Origin: the human T2T-CHM13v2.0 reference genome, Homo sapiens
Assembly: GCF_009914755.1 (NCBI RefSeq)
Contig: NC_060939.1
Reading direction: 5' to 3' (one strand)
Length of the DNA: 64,000 nt
Shown here: positions 1-14,207 of the stretch, in pieces
Position numbering within the stretch: the first letter of the stretch is position 1
Layout of the letters: each line of letters opens with the position of its first letter
The notes under the pieces: model-generated
Databases searched by the model: none
What the model was told of the DNA's origin: nothing
The model's input: the letters and a program-made list of their open reading frames with translations, nothing else
Made by a program: the position numbers and the translations under genes

Positions 1-1071
1 TGCATTCTTTGTGCAAACTTGTTGGGAGGAGCACAAGAAAAAGCAGCCAATGCTTCAGTCAACTTCTCAAAGTTCTCTAAGAAGTGCTCAGAGTAGTGGA
101 AGATCATGTCTGCCAAAGAGAAAGGAAAATTTGAAGATATGGCAAAGGTGGACATGAAAAAGTAATGAAAACCTGTGTTTCCTAAAGGGGAAACAAAAAA
201 AGTTCAAGGAACTCAATGCATCTGAGAGCCTCCTTCGGCTTTTTTTCTTGTTCTGTTCTGAATATCACCCAGAAGTCAAAAGAGAACATCCCATTGGTGA
301 TGAGGCAAAGGAACTGGGAGAGATGTGGAATAACACTGCACAAATGACAAGCAGCCTTATGAAAAGAAGGCTGTGAAGCTGAAAGAAAAATGTGAAAAGG
401 ATATTGCTGCATACCAAGCTAAAGAAAAGCCTGATGCAGCAAAAAAAACGGGAGATGTCAAGGCTGAAAAAAGTGAGAAAAAGGAGGAAGAGGAACAAGA
501 TGAAGAGGAGGAAGAGGAAGAGGAAGAAGAAGAAGAGGAAGAAGGAGGAGGAGGAGAAGGAGGAGAAGAAGGAGAAGGAGAGGGAGGGGGAGGGGGAAGA
601 GGAAGAAAAAAGTAGTAGTAGTTGGTTCTAGTGACTTTTTTCTTGTCTGCAAACCATTTAACTCCCCTGTACACAACTCACTCCTTTTAAAGAAAATAAT
701 TGAAATGTAAGGCTCTGTAAGGTTTGTTTTTAAACTGTCCAGTGTCCTTTTTTGTATAGTTAACACACTAATGGATATGTCTTTAGATATCATGCCCTGG
801 TAGTATTTTCCATAGCCACAAACCTGGCCTGGTACAGTATGGGGGTCGTAAACTGGCATAGAAATCGAAAGCAGGTTCTTATTGGTGCACAGCACAAATT
901 AGTTATATATGGGGATGGTAGTGTTTTCATCTTCAGTTGTCTCTTACACAAAATAATTGTTCTTTTAACTAAATATCACTCTGTAATTGCAAAAAAAAAA
1001 AAGTCGCAGTGGTTTTGTTGCCATTCTGAATGCTTCTAAGTAAATACAATTTTTTATCCGTTAAAAAAAAA
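1..1071 (+). pseudogene. HMGB1 processed pseudogene, 5' end outside window (possibly HMGB1P33; number recalled, not verified)
   Basis: Intronless HMG-box A/B similarity ([55 protein letters not shown]). Acidic-tail repeat, HMGB1-type 3'UTR and poly(A) at 1063-1071 follow. Disabled by TAG at 94-96, frameshifts and deletions. Confidence 0.95.
502..612 (+). repeat. Pure-purine (GAA/GAG/GGA)n tract derived from HMGB1 acidic-tail codons
   Basis: 111 nt without a pyrimidine on the + strand. Confidence 0.9.
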
Positions 1072-2019
1072 GAAACAGTACAAGTTCTTGTCCTTTTGGA
1101 AGTAGTCCTTCCTGGAAGCCTGCATATCAGATCATTACAAGTCTATACTTTAATTTAGAATAGTTCATTTTGGACAGTGTGGGATATATGTGTATAATTT
1201 TAATATACACCTTAGGAAGGCATATTAACATTGAGTTACACACATAAGTGGTGTGTAGGAAAAAGGCTCACATTCCACAGGGAATATTCCTAATATCTTT
1301 AATTAACTGAGAGGGTTTGTTAATTAGCATACTGCATTAGAAATTATTTTTCATTGGTAAAATATATAGTATTCTACAGATGTGGATTATGTAGGAATAT
1401 CGTATAGGCTTTTCCACAGCTGCATGAACGGACAAAGTATGGAAATGTGGTGAACTCATTATTTTTACCCTTTGGAATGGTGCTCTATGCTTAGAATTCC
1501 AATTAATTCTTTGTATAGCTACTTAGGATGGATTTTGTGGCCTGGCTTCGGCTAGATGTTTAGCTAAGTCATGATGCATCTGCCTTGAGTGACTCTTTCA
1601 TGCAAGTTACTTGCTCTACCATTTAAAAGGTCAGAAAAGTGGGGCTTTAGCAAGCTTACACTATAGGTTGTGTGACTGCTTTTATTCCTTCTTACTGAAG
1701 AACATGTGTAAGTGTCGCAGATTTGGTCTATAACTTGATTTCATTATAAAATCCACATAATAGAGAGATTATAAAGGAAAAGACCAATAGTTCTTACCTA
1801 CCTCTAGTCATCAGAAGGTTCCAATAGAGCCTAATAATCAGAAATAATCAAACAGGTTTAAGTCAGTTTGGCAATACACTGTGTAAGACAGCCTGCTTTA
1901 GAAGGTCCTTGGTTCCTTGGTAGATGAGTATGTGTTCTCTTTTTCTGTGTAGCATTGATTACCACCTTGTAGAAACACAAATGCTAATTCTGGAAGTGAA
2001 TTATAGAATCATATAGTCC

Positions 2020-2130
2020 GCTTATTTATGGAGAAATTAAGAAAGATTAAGTCACTTTCTCAAGGTTAATCCATCAGCTAGATAGTGGTGAAAGAAAGAA
2101 CAGATCCTGGATCTTGTGATACAGAAGTCT
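2020..2130 (+). mobile_element. MIR fragment
   Basis: MIR core-like 'atggagaaattaa...gattaagtcactttctcaaggtt...agctagatagtgg'. Confidence 0.5.
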
Positions 2131-3336
2131 CATTGCCACAGAAATGGAGCCATGTTTTTGAAAACAGAACACATGAAATATGTGATTTAGAAAGTCTGGT
2201 ATGACTTACAGGGATGAAAGGACAAAAGACTCGAGATTCCAAAGGCATTAGCAAAACACTTCCTTTTCTTTTATTCATCCCTGTTGCTCCATACTTAACC
2301 TCTTACCCATTTCTATGATACCATATTTTTAAAATCTCCTTTAACTACCTTAAGAAAATGTTCATTATCAAAATTGGGGGATCCAACAGTATTACACATT
2401 GGCTCTTCCTGTCTCTGCACCCTCTCATAATGTAAGGTAAAGATATGTGTTGTTTCCTTTTGTTTTAAGGATGCATAATTAATTTTTCTATTTGTCCAAA
2501 CTGACCAAATGTTCTTGATGGACTCTCGTTCACATATAATATTTGAAATGCTACAACTGAGTATATAAAACAATCCCTATTTCATGGTCTGACTATAGCC
2601 AGTATTAATAATGAGAAAATTTAAGTCAACATTTTTTGACCAAAATTTAGTGATTATCCAGAATCTTAAGTCTCTTCCCACCTCTACGTTTTGTGACTGT
2701 GCATTTACCATTTGCACAAGGTGCTTCAATGATTCCTTCACTCATGTCTCAAGGTCTGATAATGAACATACGGTCCCCAATTATTTAACACTCCAGGTAT
2801 CATTGGTTAGAAAGCAAAAGTGGTTCTTTGGTAGCCAGATAGTTTGATGAGATAAAGTCAAGGATTAGAGACCCTCAAGAGATGAGGGTCATCCAAGTGA
2901 CAAGTGACTGCTTACATACTGTCACTTGCTACTGAATGAAGTCCTCTTTTCCCACAAGAAATTTATTTCAATTTTGGACAGCTTTCACTACTAGGAAGTC
3001 CTTCTTTGAATAGAAATCCTTCTCCTTGTAACTTCTACCCACTAGCCTCTTTTTCTATGGTTTTTTAAGTGTCATCGTGAATGCATTCCATTTTTCTTGC
3101 GTGTATCAGCCTTTTGATATTTGAAAGTAGTTTTCATGCCCACACCACAGCTTCAAAACGAAAACTTGTAGACAAATATATTTACTGAAGGACACAAAAT
3201 AAACTCAATTTTTTCAATTATAAATGTTTTTATCATCTAATTTATAAAACATTTAATATAAAATATTTTTAAACATCCACGTTTTACATAAATAATCTGA
3301 GTTATTTTTAGAAATATTTAGAAATTACAGGTAACT

Positions 3337-3700
3337 ATCTTAGTTTGGGTATGTCCAGAAGCAGATGAGACAAGGATTTGAGTAAAAATCAGATTTGGAA
3401 ATGCAGAACAATTCAGAAGAGTAAAGGAGTAATATAAGGAAAATAATCCAGCCAATGAAAGGTGTGTTCGTAAGCCAGCTGTCAGGGTGGGCAACTGGAG
3501 AAAAATCTCATGGAGAAACGCTGGGAGATGCTGCAAAATAAATACCTCAGAATTACGCTATCTCAGTAGTGGGCTACTTCCTCACCATTTTCATCTCACT
3601 CACATGCAGAGCTATATTCCACAAATCTGGAATAAAAAGCCCTCAGGCATGGAGGTAGACATTAGAAGTTGGATGGAGTATTGGGTGGGACACTAAGCAT
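3337..3700 (-). mobile_element. Old ERVL (LTR16/LTR33-like) LTR fragment
   Basis: 'tcttagtttgggtatgtccagaagcagatgagacaaggatttgag' resembles the LTR end at 13003. Confidence 0.45.
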
Positions 3701-3736
3701 CTAAGTCAATAAGTTAATGATAATTGTAATTATTCA

Positions 3737-3855
3737 TTGGGTACAGTGTATGCTGCTTGGGTAATGGGTGCACTAAAATCTCAGAAATCACCATTAAAGA
3801 ACTTACCCGTGTAACCAAATACCACCTGTTCCCCAAAAACTATTGAAATAAAAAA
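3737..3855 (+). mobile_element. L1PB-type 3' end fragment
   Basis: 'attgggtacagtgta...gggtgcactaaaatctcagaaatcacc...ccccaaaaactattgaaataaaaaa'. Confidence 0.75.
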
Positions 3856-4238
3856 TCATTATCAAAATAATGATTAACATTTTGATATTCTTTCATTCAG
3901 ATTTTTTCCAAATGCATATATACTTGAATATAAATTATTCCTAAAGAAAAATCATTCTATAACATTAATTTGTAGTTGTCTTGTCACTTAATAAAACCAC
4001 ATTTTTCTATTTCAATCAATATGAATCTGCTCATATTATTACTGATGATATAGTACGCCATAATTTATTTAATTTCCTGATTGGACATTTAGATTAGTTC
4101 CGGGTTTTTGCTGTCATGAAAAAATGCTTTATTTCAGTTTCATTGAACAATGAATCCTTACTTGCTTCAGCTGCCACTTAATTTTGTTTATTAAAACAAT
4201 GCTTAAAAGATATAAACAGTATGGGAAAGAATACCATT

Positions 4239-7200
4239 GGAGGGGGTGAAGCAAGATGGCAAGTAGAAGCCTCCACTCATTGTGCCTCCCACAGGAACAC
4301 CAAATGTAACAAGTATCTACACACAAAAAACACCTTTATAAGAACCAAAAATCAAGCGAGTACTAACAATACCTGATTTTAACTTCATACTGAAAGAAGC
4401 ATTGAAGAGGGTAAGAAAGACAATCTCGAACTGCCAACACCACTCCTCCCCCATGCCATCACAGCAGCCTCGTGGTGCAGAAGGAGAATCTGTGCGTTTG
4501 CGAGAGGGAGATTGCAGCGATTGCAGAACTTTGCATTGGAAACTGGTGCTGCCAACACTGGGGAGAACTCAGCCAGCAGCCTCAGGGGGAGCATTTAGAC
4601 CAGCCCTAGCCAGAGGGCAAACACCCATTCTAGCAGTTGGAACCTGAGTTCCAACATGCCTCACCACTGAAGCCTAAAGTGCTTTCGGGCCCTAGGTAAA
4701 CTTGAAAGGCAGTCTAGGCCACAAGAACCGCAACTCTTAGGCAAGTCGTAGTGCTGAACTGGGCTTGAGGCCAATGGACTTGGGGAACACACAAACTACT
4801 GAGACACCAGCCAGGGCAGCTAAGGGAGTGCTTATGCCACCCCTCCCCCAACCCCAGGCAGCATAGCTTGCAGCTCCAAAATAGCCCCCCTTCCTTCTGC
4901 TTGTAAGGAGAGGGGAAAGTAAAGAGGACTTTGTCTTGCATCATGGATACCAGCTCAGCCACAATAGGGTAGGGCACTGGGCAGAGTCATGAGGTCCCAC
5001 TCCAGACCCTAGCTGCTGGATGACATTTCTAGACACACCCTGGGCCAAAACGGAACCTGCTGCATTCAAGGGAAGCACTTGTTCCTGGCAGGACTCATCA
5101 CCTACTAACAAAAGAGCCCTTAGGCCCTGAATAACCAGCAGTGACACCCAGGTGATACATCGTGGGCCTTGGGTGAGACCCAGCACATTCCCAACTGTGG
5201 TGACTATGGTGATAAAGTAAAGGGGATTTTGTCTTGCACCTTATGTACCAGCTCAGCCACAGTGGGGAAGAGCACCAAGCAGGCTCTTGGGGTCCCTGAT
5301 TCCAGCCCTGACTCTTGGATGGCATTTCTCAAACTGCTTTGGGCCAGAGGGGAGCCCACTCACCTGAAGGGCAAGTCCCAGACTGGGCAGCATTAATCAC
5401 AAGCTGACCAAAGAGCCCTTGGACTTAAAGTGAATATTGGCAGTAGCCTGGCAGTAAGCTTCAAGGACCTGTGGTAGTAGTGGCCACAAGGTGTGTCTCC
5501 TCTGCTTGTGGAAAGGGGAGAGAAAAGTGGGAAGTACTGGGTCTCATGGTTTGAGTGCCAGCTCAGCACTCAGTGGTAAAATAGAACACCAGATAGATTT
5601 CTAACATTTTTGACTCCAGGCCCTGACTCCTGTATGGCATCACTGGACCTGAGGACTGGGAGAACTAGCCACCCTGAAGAGAAGGACAGACGCCTGGCTG
5701 GCTTCACCACCTGCTGATTGTAGAGTCCTAGGGCCTTGTACAAATGTAAGTGGCAATCAGTGGCTACAATGGCCCTTGGGCAAGATCGAGTGCTGTGTTG
5801 GCTTCAGGTCTGACCCAGAGCAGTCCCAGTGGTGGTGGCCTCAGAAGTGCTGGTGTCACCCCACCCCCAGCTCCACACAGCTCAGCACAGAGAAGCACTC
5901 TCCATTTGTTGGGGAGAAAGTAAGGGGAGAGAACAAGAGTCTCTGCCTGGTAATCAAGAGCATTCTTCTGGATCATGTCCAAGGCCACCAAGGCAGTACC
6001 TCTGTGAGTCTAGAAGAACCACAACATTACAGGGCTTGGAGTACCCCCTAATGCAGGTATGGCTTAGATTTCAACACCCAACACCTTTCAAATACCTGGA
6101 AAGCCTTCCTAAGAAGTATGGATAAAGAAGCCCAGACTGTAAATAAAGACTGCAGTAAATACCTAACTCTTCAATGCCCAGACACTGATGAACATCAACA
6201 AACATCAAGACCATCAAGGAAAACATAATGACACCAAACGAACTAAATGAGTTAATTTAGTTCCGGGATAAATCGTGTGGAAACAGAGATACGTGACCTT
6301 TCAGACAGATAAATCAAAATAGCTATTTTTAGAAAACTCCAATTCAAGATAATGCAGAGAAGGAATTCAGAATCCTCCCAGATAAATTTAACAAAGAGAT
6401 GGAAATAGTTAAAAAAAATCAAGCAGAAATTCTGGTGTTGAAAAATGCAATTGACATACTGAAGAATGCATCGAAGTCTTAGTAACAGAATTCATCAAAG
6501 AGAAGAAAGAATTAGTGAGCATGAAGCTGGGCTATTTGAAAATACACAGTTAGAGGAGACAAAAGAAAAAAGAATAAAAAACAATGAAGCAAGCCTACAA
6601 GACCTAGAAAATAGCTTCAAAAGGGCAAATCTAAGAGCTATTAGCCTTAAAGTGAGAAAGTTTATTTGAAGGGTTACTATCAGGGAACTTCTTAAACCTA
6701 GAGAATATTATTAATATCCAAGTACAAGAAGGGTATAGAACACCAAGCAGATTTAATCCAAAGAAGACTACCTCAAGGCATTTAATAAACTCCCAAAAGT
6801 CAAGGATAAAGAAAGGATCTTAAAAGGAGCAAGAGAAAAGAAAAAAAAAAAACAAACATAGAATGGAGCTCCAATATGTCTGGCAGCAGACTTCTCCATG
6901 GAAAACTTATGGGCCAGGAGAGAGTGCCATGACATATTTAAAGTGCTAAAGGAAAAAAATATTTTACCCTAGAATAATATATCCAGTGAAAATATACTTC
7001 AAACATGAAGAAGAAATAAACACTTTCCCTGACAAACAGAAGCTAAGGGATTTTGTCAATACCAGACCTGCTCTATAAGAAATGCTAAAGGGGGTACTTC
7101 AATCTGAAAGAAAAGGACATTAATGAACAAGAAGAAATCATCTGAAGGTATAAAACTCACTGGTAAGAGTAAGTACACAGAAAAAGTCAGAATATTATTG

Positions 7201-10200
7201 CACTGTATGGTTGTAAACTACTCTTATCCTAAGTAGAAAGACTAAGTGATGAACCAATCAAAAATAATAAGTACAATAACTTTTCAAGACATAGTATAAT
7301 AAGATATAAGTACAAGCAATGAAAAGGTAAAAAAGTAGAGGAACAAAATTAGAAATTTTATTAGTTTTCTTTTTGCTTTAGTTAGTTCATGCAAGCAAAG
7401 TTATTATCAGCTTAAAATAATGGATTATATAATAGGATTTGCTAGTCTCATAGTAACCTCACATCAAAAAATGCACAACAGATACACAGAAAATAAAAAG
7501 CAGGAAATCAAATCATACCACCAGAGGAAATCACCATCAAAAAGGAAGATAAGAAAGAAGAGAAGGCCACAAAACCACCAGAAAAAAAAAATGGTTGGAG
7601 TAAGTTCTTGCTTTTTAATAATAAGATTGAATGTAAATGGACTAAACTTTCCAATAAAAAGACATGGAATAGCTGACTGGATTGAAAAAAAATAGGACCC
7701 AATGATCTGTTGCCTAAAAGAAACATATTTTACCTGAAAAGACATACATAGACTGAAAATAAAGAAATGGAAAAAGGTATTCCATGCCAATAGAAACCAA
7801 AAAGAGCAGGAGTTGCTCTGTTTATATCAGGCAAGATGTATTTCAAGACAAAAAGAGAGACAAAGAAGGTCATTATGTAAAGATACAAGGGTCAATTCAG
7901 TGACAAGATAAAACAATTTTGAATATATGTGCAGCCAACATTGGAGGACTTAGATATATAAAGCAAATATTATTAGAGGTAATGAGAGAGATAGACCTCA
8001 ATATAATAATAGCTGGGGAATTCAACACACCACTTTCAGCATTGGACAGATCATCCAGACAGAAAATCAGCAAGGAAACATCAGACTTAGTCTGCACTGT
8101 GGACCAAGTACACCTAATAGATATTTACAGAACATTTCATCCAAGGGCTGCAGAATACGCATTCTTCTCCTCAGCACATAAATCATTCTCAAGGATAGAC
8201 CATATGTTAGCAACAAAGGAAGTCATAAAACATTCAAAAAAGTTGAAATAATATCTAGCATCTTCTCTGACCACAATTAAATAAAATCAGAAATCAATAA
8301 GAGGAAGAATTTTGAAAACTATACAAACATATGGAAATTGAACAATATGCTCCTGAATGACAAGTAGGTCAATAAAGAGATTAAGAAGGAAATTGAAAAA
8401 TTTCTTGAAACAAATAATAATGGAAACACACCATGCCAAAACCTATGGAATATGGCAAAAGCAGTACTAAGAGGGAATTTTATAGCCATAAGCACCTACA
8501 TAAAAAAAAATTTTTAAATAAACACCCCAGTAATGCATGTTAAAGAACTAGAAACTACAATGAACTCAAACAAATTTACAAGAAAAAAACAAACAACCCC
8601 ATCAAAAAGTGGGCGAAGGACATGAACAGACACTTCTCAAAAGAAGACATTTATGCAGCCAAAAAACACATGAAAAAATGCTCATCATCACTGGCCATCA
8701 GAGAAATGCAAATCAAAACCACAATGAGATACCATCTCACACCAGTTAGAATGGCAATCATTAAAAAGTCAGGAAACAACAGGTGCTGGAGAGGATGTGG
8801 AGAAATAGGAACACTTTTACACTGTTGGTGGGACTGTAAACTAGTTCAACCATTGTGGAAGTCAGTGTGGCGATTCCTCAGGGATCTAGAACTGGAAATA
8901 CCATTTGACCCAGCCATCCCATTACTGGGTATATACCCAAAGGACTATGAATCATGCTGCTATAAAGACACATGCACACGTATGTTTATTGCAGCATTAT
9001 TCACAATAGCAAAGACTTGGAACCAACCCAAATGTCCAACAATGATAGACTGGATTAAGAAAATGTGGCACACATACACCATGGAATACTATGCAGCCAT
9101 AAAAATGATGAGTTCATGTCCTTTGTAGGGACATGGATGAAATTGGAAATCATCATTCTCAGTAAACTATCGCAAGAACAAAAAACCAAACACCGCATAT
9201 TCTCACCCATAGGTGGGAATTGAACAATGAGATCACATGGACACAGGAAGGGGAATATCACACTCTGGGGACTGTCGTGGGGTGCGGGGAGGGGGGAGGG
9301 ATAGCATTGGGAGATATACCTAATGCTAGATCACGAGTTAGTGGGTGCAGCGCACCAGCATGGCTCATGTATACGTATGTAACTAACCTCCACAATGTGC
9401 ACATGTACCCTAAAACTTAAAGTATAAAAAAAAAAAGAACTAGAAAAAGAAGAGCAAATCAAACACAATATAAGTAGAAGAAAAGAAATAAGACCAGAGC
9501 AGAAATAAATAAAATTGAAATGAAAAAACATCAAAAAAACAAAAAATTGGTTTTTGAAAAGAAAAAATGTACAAACCGTTAGCCAGAATAACTAAGAAAA
9601 AAGGGAGAAGATCTAAATAAATAAAATCAGAGGTGAAAAAGGAGACATTACAACTGATAAAGCAGAAGCTTGAAGGATCATTAGTGACTACCATGAGCAA
9701 CTATATGCTAATAAATTGGAAAATCTAAAAGAAATGGATAAATTGCTAGATACATAAAACCTACCAAAATTGAACCATGAAGAAATCCAAAACTTAAACA
9801 TATCAATAACAAGTAACAAGCTGGAAGCCATAATAAAAAGTCTCCCAACAAAGCAAAGCCCAGGACTTGATGGCTTTTTTGCTGAATTCCACCAAACATT
9901 TAAAGAAGAAGTAATAACAATCATACTCCAACTATTCTGAAAAATAGAGGAGAGAATACTTCCAAACCATTCTATGAGGACAGTGTTACCCTGACACCAA
10001 AACCAGACAAAGACACATCAAAAAAGAAACCTACAGGCCGTTATCTCTGATGAACATTGATGCAAAAATCCTCAACAAAACACTAGCAAACCAAATTCAA
10101 CAACACATCAAAAAGATCATTCATCATGACTAAGTAGGATTTATCCCAGTGATGGAGGGATGGTTCAACATATGCAAATCAATCAATGTGATACATCATA

Positions 10201-12621
10201 TCAACAGAATGAAGGAAAAAAAACCATATGATAATTTCAATTGTTGCTGGAAAAGCATTTGATGAAATTCAACACTCCTTCATGATAAAAAAAAAAAAAA
10301 CCCTCAAAAAACTGGATACAGAAGGAAAATACCTCAACACAATAAAAGCCATAGATGACAGAACCATAGATAGTATATCACGCTGAATGGGAAAAGACCA
10401 AAAGCCTTTCATCTAAGAGCTGGAACAAGACAAAGATGCCCACTTGCACCCTGTTATTCAACATAGTACTTGAAGTCCTAGCTAGAGCAATCAGACAAGA
10501 GAAAGAAATAAAGGATATCCACATTGGAAAGGAAAAAGTCAAATTATCCATGTTTGCAGATGATATGATCTTATATTTGGAAAAACATAAAGACTTAACC
10601 AAAAAGCTATTAGAAATGATACAGTCAGTTAAGTTGCAGGATACAAAATCATACAAAAATCAGTAGCATTTTTATATTCCATCAGCAAACAATCTGAAAA
10701 AGATATCAAGAAACTAATCTCATTTACAGTAGCTACAAATAAAATTAAATACCTAGGAATTAACCGAAGAAGACAAAGACCTCTACAGTGAAAATTGTAA
10801 AACACTGATACAAGAAATTGAAGAGGACACAAAAAATGGAAAGATATTTCATGTTTATAAATTGAAAGAATCAATATTGTTAAAATGTTTACATGTCCCA
10901 AAGCAATTTATAGATTTAATGCAATCCCTATCAAAATACCACGGACATTCTTCACAGAAACAAAAAAAATCCTAAAATTTAAATGCAACCACAGAAGACT
11001 CAGAATGGCCAAAGCTATCCCAAGCAAATGAACAAAGCTAGAGGAACTACACTACCTGACTTCAAATTATACTACAGAGCTATTGTAACCAAAACGGCAT
11101 GGTACTGGCATAAAGACAGACACATAGACCAGTGGAACATAGTAGAGAGCCCGGAAATAAGTCTGTACACCTACAGTGAACTCATTTTTGACAAAAGTGC
11201 CAAGAACATACACTAAGGAGAGAACAGTCTCTTTAATAAATCGTGCTGGAAAAATTGGATATCCACATGCAGAAGAATGAAACTGGACCTCGGTCTCGTG
11301 CCATATACAAAAATCAAAATGATTACTGACTTAAATCTAAGACTCAAAACTGTGAAACTACTGAAAGAAATACTGGGGACACTCTTTAGAACATTGGTTT
11401 GGGCAAAAATTTCTTGAGTAATACCCCATAAACACAGGCAACCAAAGCAAAAATGGACAAATGGGATCACATCAAGTTAAAAAGCTCCTACACAACAAAG
11501 GAAACAATCCACAAAGTGAAGAGACAACCCACAGGATGGGAGAAAATATTTGCCAACTATCCATCTGACAAGCGATTAATAACCAGAATATATAAGGAGC
11601 TCAAACAACTCCATAGGAAAAAAATCTAAAAATCTGATTTTTTTAAATGGGCAAAGGATCTGAATAGACATTTCTCAAAAGAAGACATACAAATGGCAAA
11701 CAGGTATATGAAAAGGTGCTCAACTGAACATCAGAGAAATGCAAATCAAAACTATAATGAGATATCATCTGACACCATTTAAAATGACTTTTATCCAAAA
11801 GACAGACAATAACAAATACTGGTGAGGATGAGGAGAAAAGGGAATCCTGGTACACTGTTGATGAGAGTGTGTATTAGTACAACCACTATGCAGAACAGTT
11901 TGGAGGTTCCTCAAAAATTGAAATAGAGACACTATATGATCCAGCAATCCTACTGCCAGGTATAGAGCCAAAAGAAAGGAAATCAGTATGTTGAACAGGT
12001 ATCTACACTCTCATGTTTATTGCAACACTGTTTACAATAGCCAGTATATACAAGCAACCTAAGCGTCCATCAGCAGATGAATGGATGAAGAAAATGTACA
12101 TATACACAATGGAGCACTATTCAGCCATAAAAAGAATGAGATCTTCCCATTTGCAACAACAAAATGGATGGAACTGGAGGTCATTATATTAAGTGAAATA
12201 AGCCAGGCACAGAAAGACAAACATCACATGTTTTTACTCATTTGTGGGAGCCAAAAATTAAAACAATTGAACTCATGGAGATAGAGAATAGAAGGGTGGT
12301 TACCAGGGGCTGGGAAGGGTATGGGGATGGGGGAAGTGGGAATGGTTAATGGGTACAAAAAATAGTTAGAAAGATTAAATAAGACAATATTTGCTAGCAT
12401 AACAGGGTGATTATAGTAAAAACTAATTTAGTTGTACATTTAAAAATAACTAGAAGAATATAGTTGGATTTTGGTAACACGAAGTACAAATGTTTGAAAT
12501 GATGGACACCCCATTTACCCTAATATAATCATTACACTGTGCATATATGTATCGAAGTATCTCATGTAACCCATAAATATATATACCTACTATATACCCA
12601 CAAAAATTAAAAATAAAAAAA
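4239..12621 (+). mobile_element. Near full-length L1MA2-like LINE-1 (element A), decayed and interrupted by an L1PA2
   Basis: 5'UTR starts 'gcaagatggc...agaagcctcc'. ORF1 remnants ~6.2-7.1 kb. ORF2 EN (IAGEFNTPLSALDRSSRQKI, SFSRIDHML) and RT ([29 protein letters not shown]) remnants. L1MA1-3-type 3'UTR and A-tail. No TSD seen. Confidence 0.9.
8555..9433 (+). mobile_element. 5'-truncated L1PA2 nested in element A
   Basis: ORF2 C-terminus ([24 protein letters not shown]...). 3'UTR has GAG (not ACA/ACG) at the Ta-diagnostic site plus GCTAGAT/TTAGTGGG/GCAGCGC. 13-bp TSD AAAGAACTAGAAA at 8542-8554 and 9434-9446. Confidence 0.93.
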
Positions 12622-13042
12622 TTTGTTAAAGTGTGCAATGTATTTAAACACAAACGATTCATATTTTCTTCATAGTTTAGAAATATGACTTATATAAGTT
12701 TAAATGCAAAATATTATATGATTGTATCATAAATTACAGCCATTTAGGTTACAGGGATTCCACTTCATGTGTTTCATATACTGCTGCTACTTCAACTTAG
12801 GATGCATTTATTTACATTTATGGATATTGATTTGGATTTTACCTGCATAAAGTCCAGTTCAGTACCATCATGGTCTCCCATGTGCAGTTGCATCGCTGAA
12901 ATACTTTCATTTCTTCTCAGAGTACTTGTTATTTGTTAGTTTGTAGCGGTGGCAAATTATGTATCATATCCCCATAATCTCAACTTGTTCAGTGGGTGTG
13001 ATTGTCTTAGGTTGGGTTTCTGGGAAACAGACTCTGAGATGG

Positions 13043-13423
13043 TGCAATAAACTGAATGTTTGTATTCCCCACCCCCCATTCATGTTAGATCCCTAATCCC
13101 AATATGATGGTATTTGAAGGTGGGGCCTTTGGAAGGTAATTAGGTCACAAGGGTGGTCCCTGCATAAATGAGATTTCCTTATAAGAAATCAGAGAACTAG
13201 CTAGCTCTCTTTCTCCCATGTTATATCTCCCAATATTTCTCTGGTAATATCTCCCAGATTACCAAATTGGTAATCTGCAATCCGGAAGAGGGCCCTCACC
13301 AGAACCCCACCATGTTGGCACACTGATTTCAGACTTCCAGCCTCCAGAACTGTGAGAAATAAGTTTCTATTGTTTATACACCACCCAGTGTATGGTACTT
13401 TGTTATAACAGCCTGAGATGACA
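13043..13423 (+). mobile_element. MLT1A-like MaLR solo LTR nested in the ERVL LTR
   Basis: TG...CA ends; 5-bp TSD GATGG at 13038-13042 and 13424-13428. Confidence 0.85.
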
Positions 13424-14207
13424 GATGGAAATTAGAATGCAGGAGATTTAATGGGGAGTAGACTCATAAGCATTACCTATATGAGAATGATTGGGCAGCT
13501 GGAGAAGTTGAATTGCAGTACAGTTGCAACAACAGCCTCAGGTGATACTACAAGGAGCTGGTATGGCCCTTCAGAATTATCCTGAATTAGGGCAAGGGAA
13601 TTGGGCCCTTATACTCCTACATCAGCCAGTCTTTGGTTGTTGGCTGCACCTTGGAGAGGGGAGTGAAAACTGGGGCAAGGCATTACCTTTCAGCGTAGGG
13701 CGATTCCCAGTAGAGGACTCAGCTGTGAACTGCAAGTGTTTGACACTCCCAGCAGCTAGGGGTGTAAGTACTTTAACCCTGAAGAGGGTATCTGAACAAT
13801 GCATGACAACATCTTCTATAGTCTACCGCTTGTACAGCTTGTATCCTCTTGCTTCATGTAATAGTTATTTCGCATCTGGAGATAACTTACCCTGGATTCT
13901 AGTTAGTCTTTTTTTCCTGGAAAAATTTACAAGAAAAAGATTAGTGGGAAAAAATTCCAAATCCTGACATTACACTTCATCCTGAGGCTGTAACTGATAA
14001 TTCATTATTTCCCTCCTGTTCCACACATTCTATATCCCCTTCACATTCAACTTGCACTTCTGCTGGGCTAAGTGGCTTATCTGGTGGGGCTATTCAGATC
14101 CTTATCCTTGAGGGGTCTGACCCTCTAGTTACCACATCTGTCATAGGCTGTGGATACTGCATGTATTCGTCTGGCATCAACACTGGGTAGGGGAATTATC
14201 AAGAGAC

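Noticed and set aside
182-1039. ORFs with poly-Glu, poly-Ser, poly-Leu or Lys/Arg runs
   Set aside because: Alternative frames of the HMGB1 pseudogene purine tract and UTR; not genes.
4900-5750. Internal ~300-bp-spaced repeats in the L1 5'UTR
   Set aside because: Also present in element B, so a family feature of this 5'UTR rather than a local novelty.
8622-9128. 168-aa ORF with intact-looking L1 ORF2 C-terminus
   Set aside because: 5'-truncated L1PA2 with no promoter, EN or RT, and a frameshift near the end.
13524-13967. 147-aa + strand ORF
   Set aside because: Lies antisense within ERVL LTR/internal sequence, has a non-ATG start and no recognisable domain.
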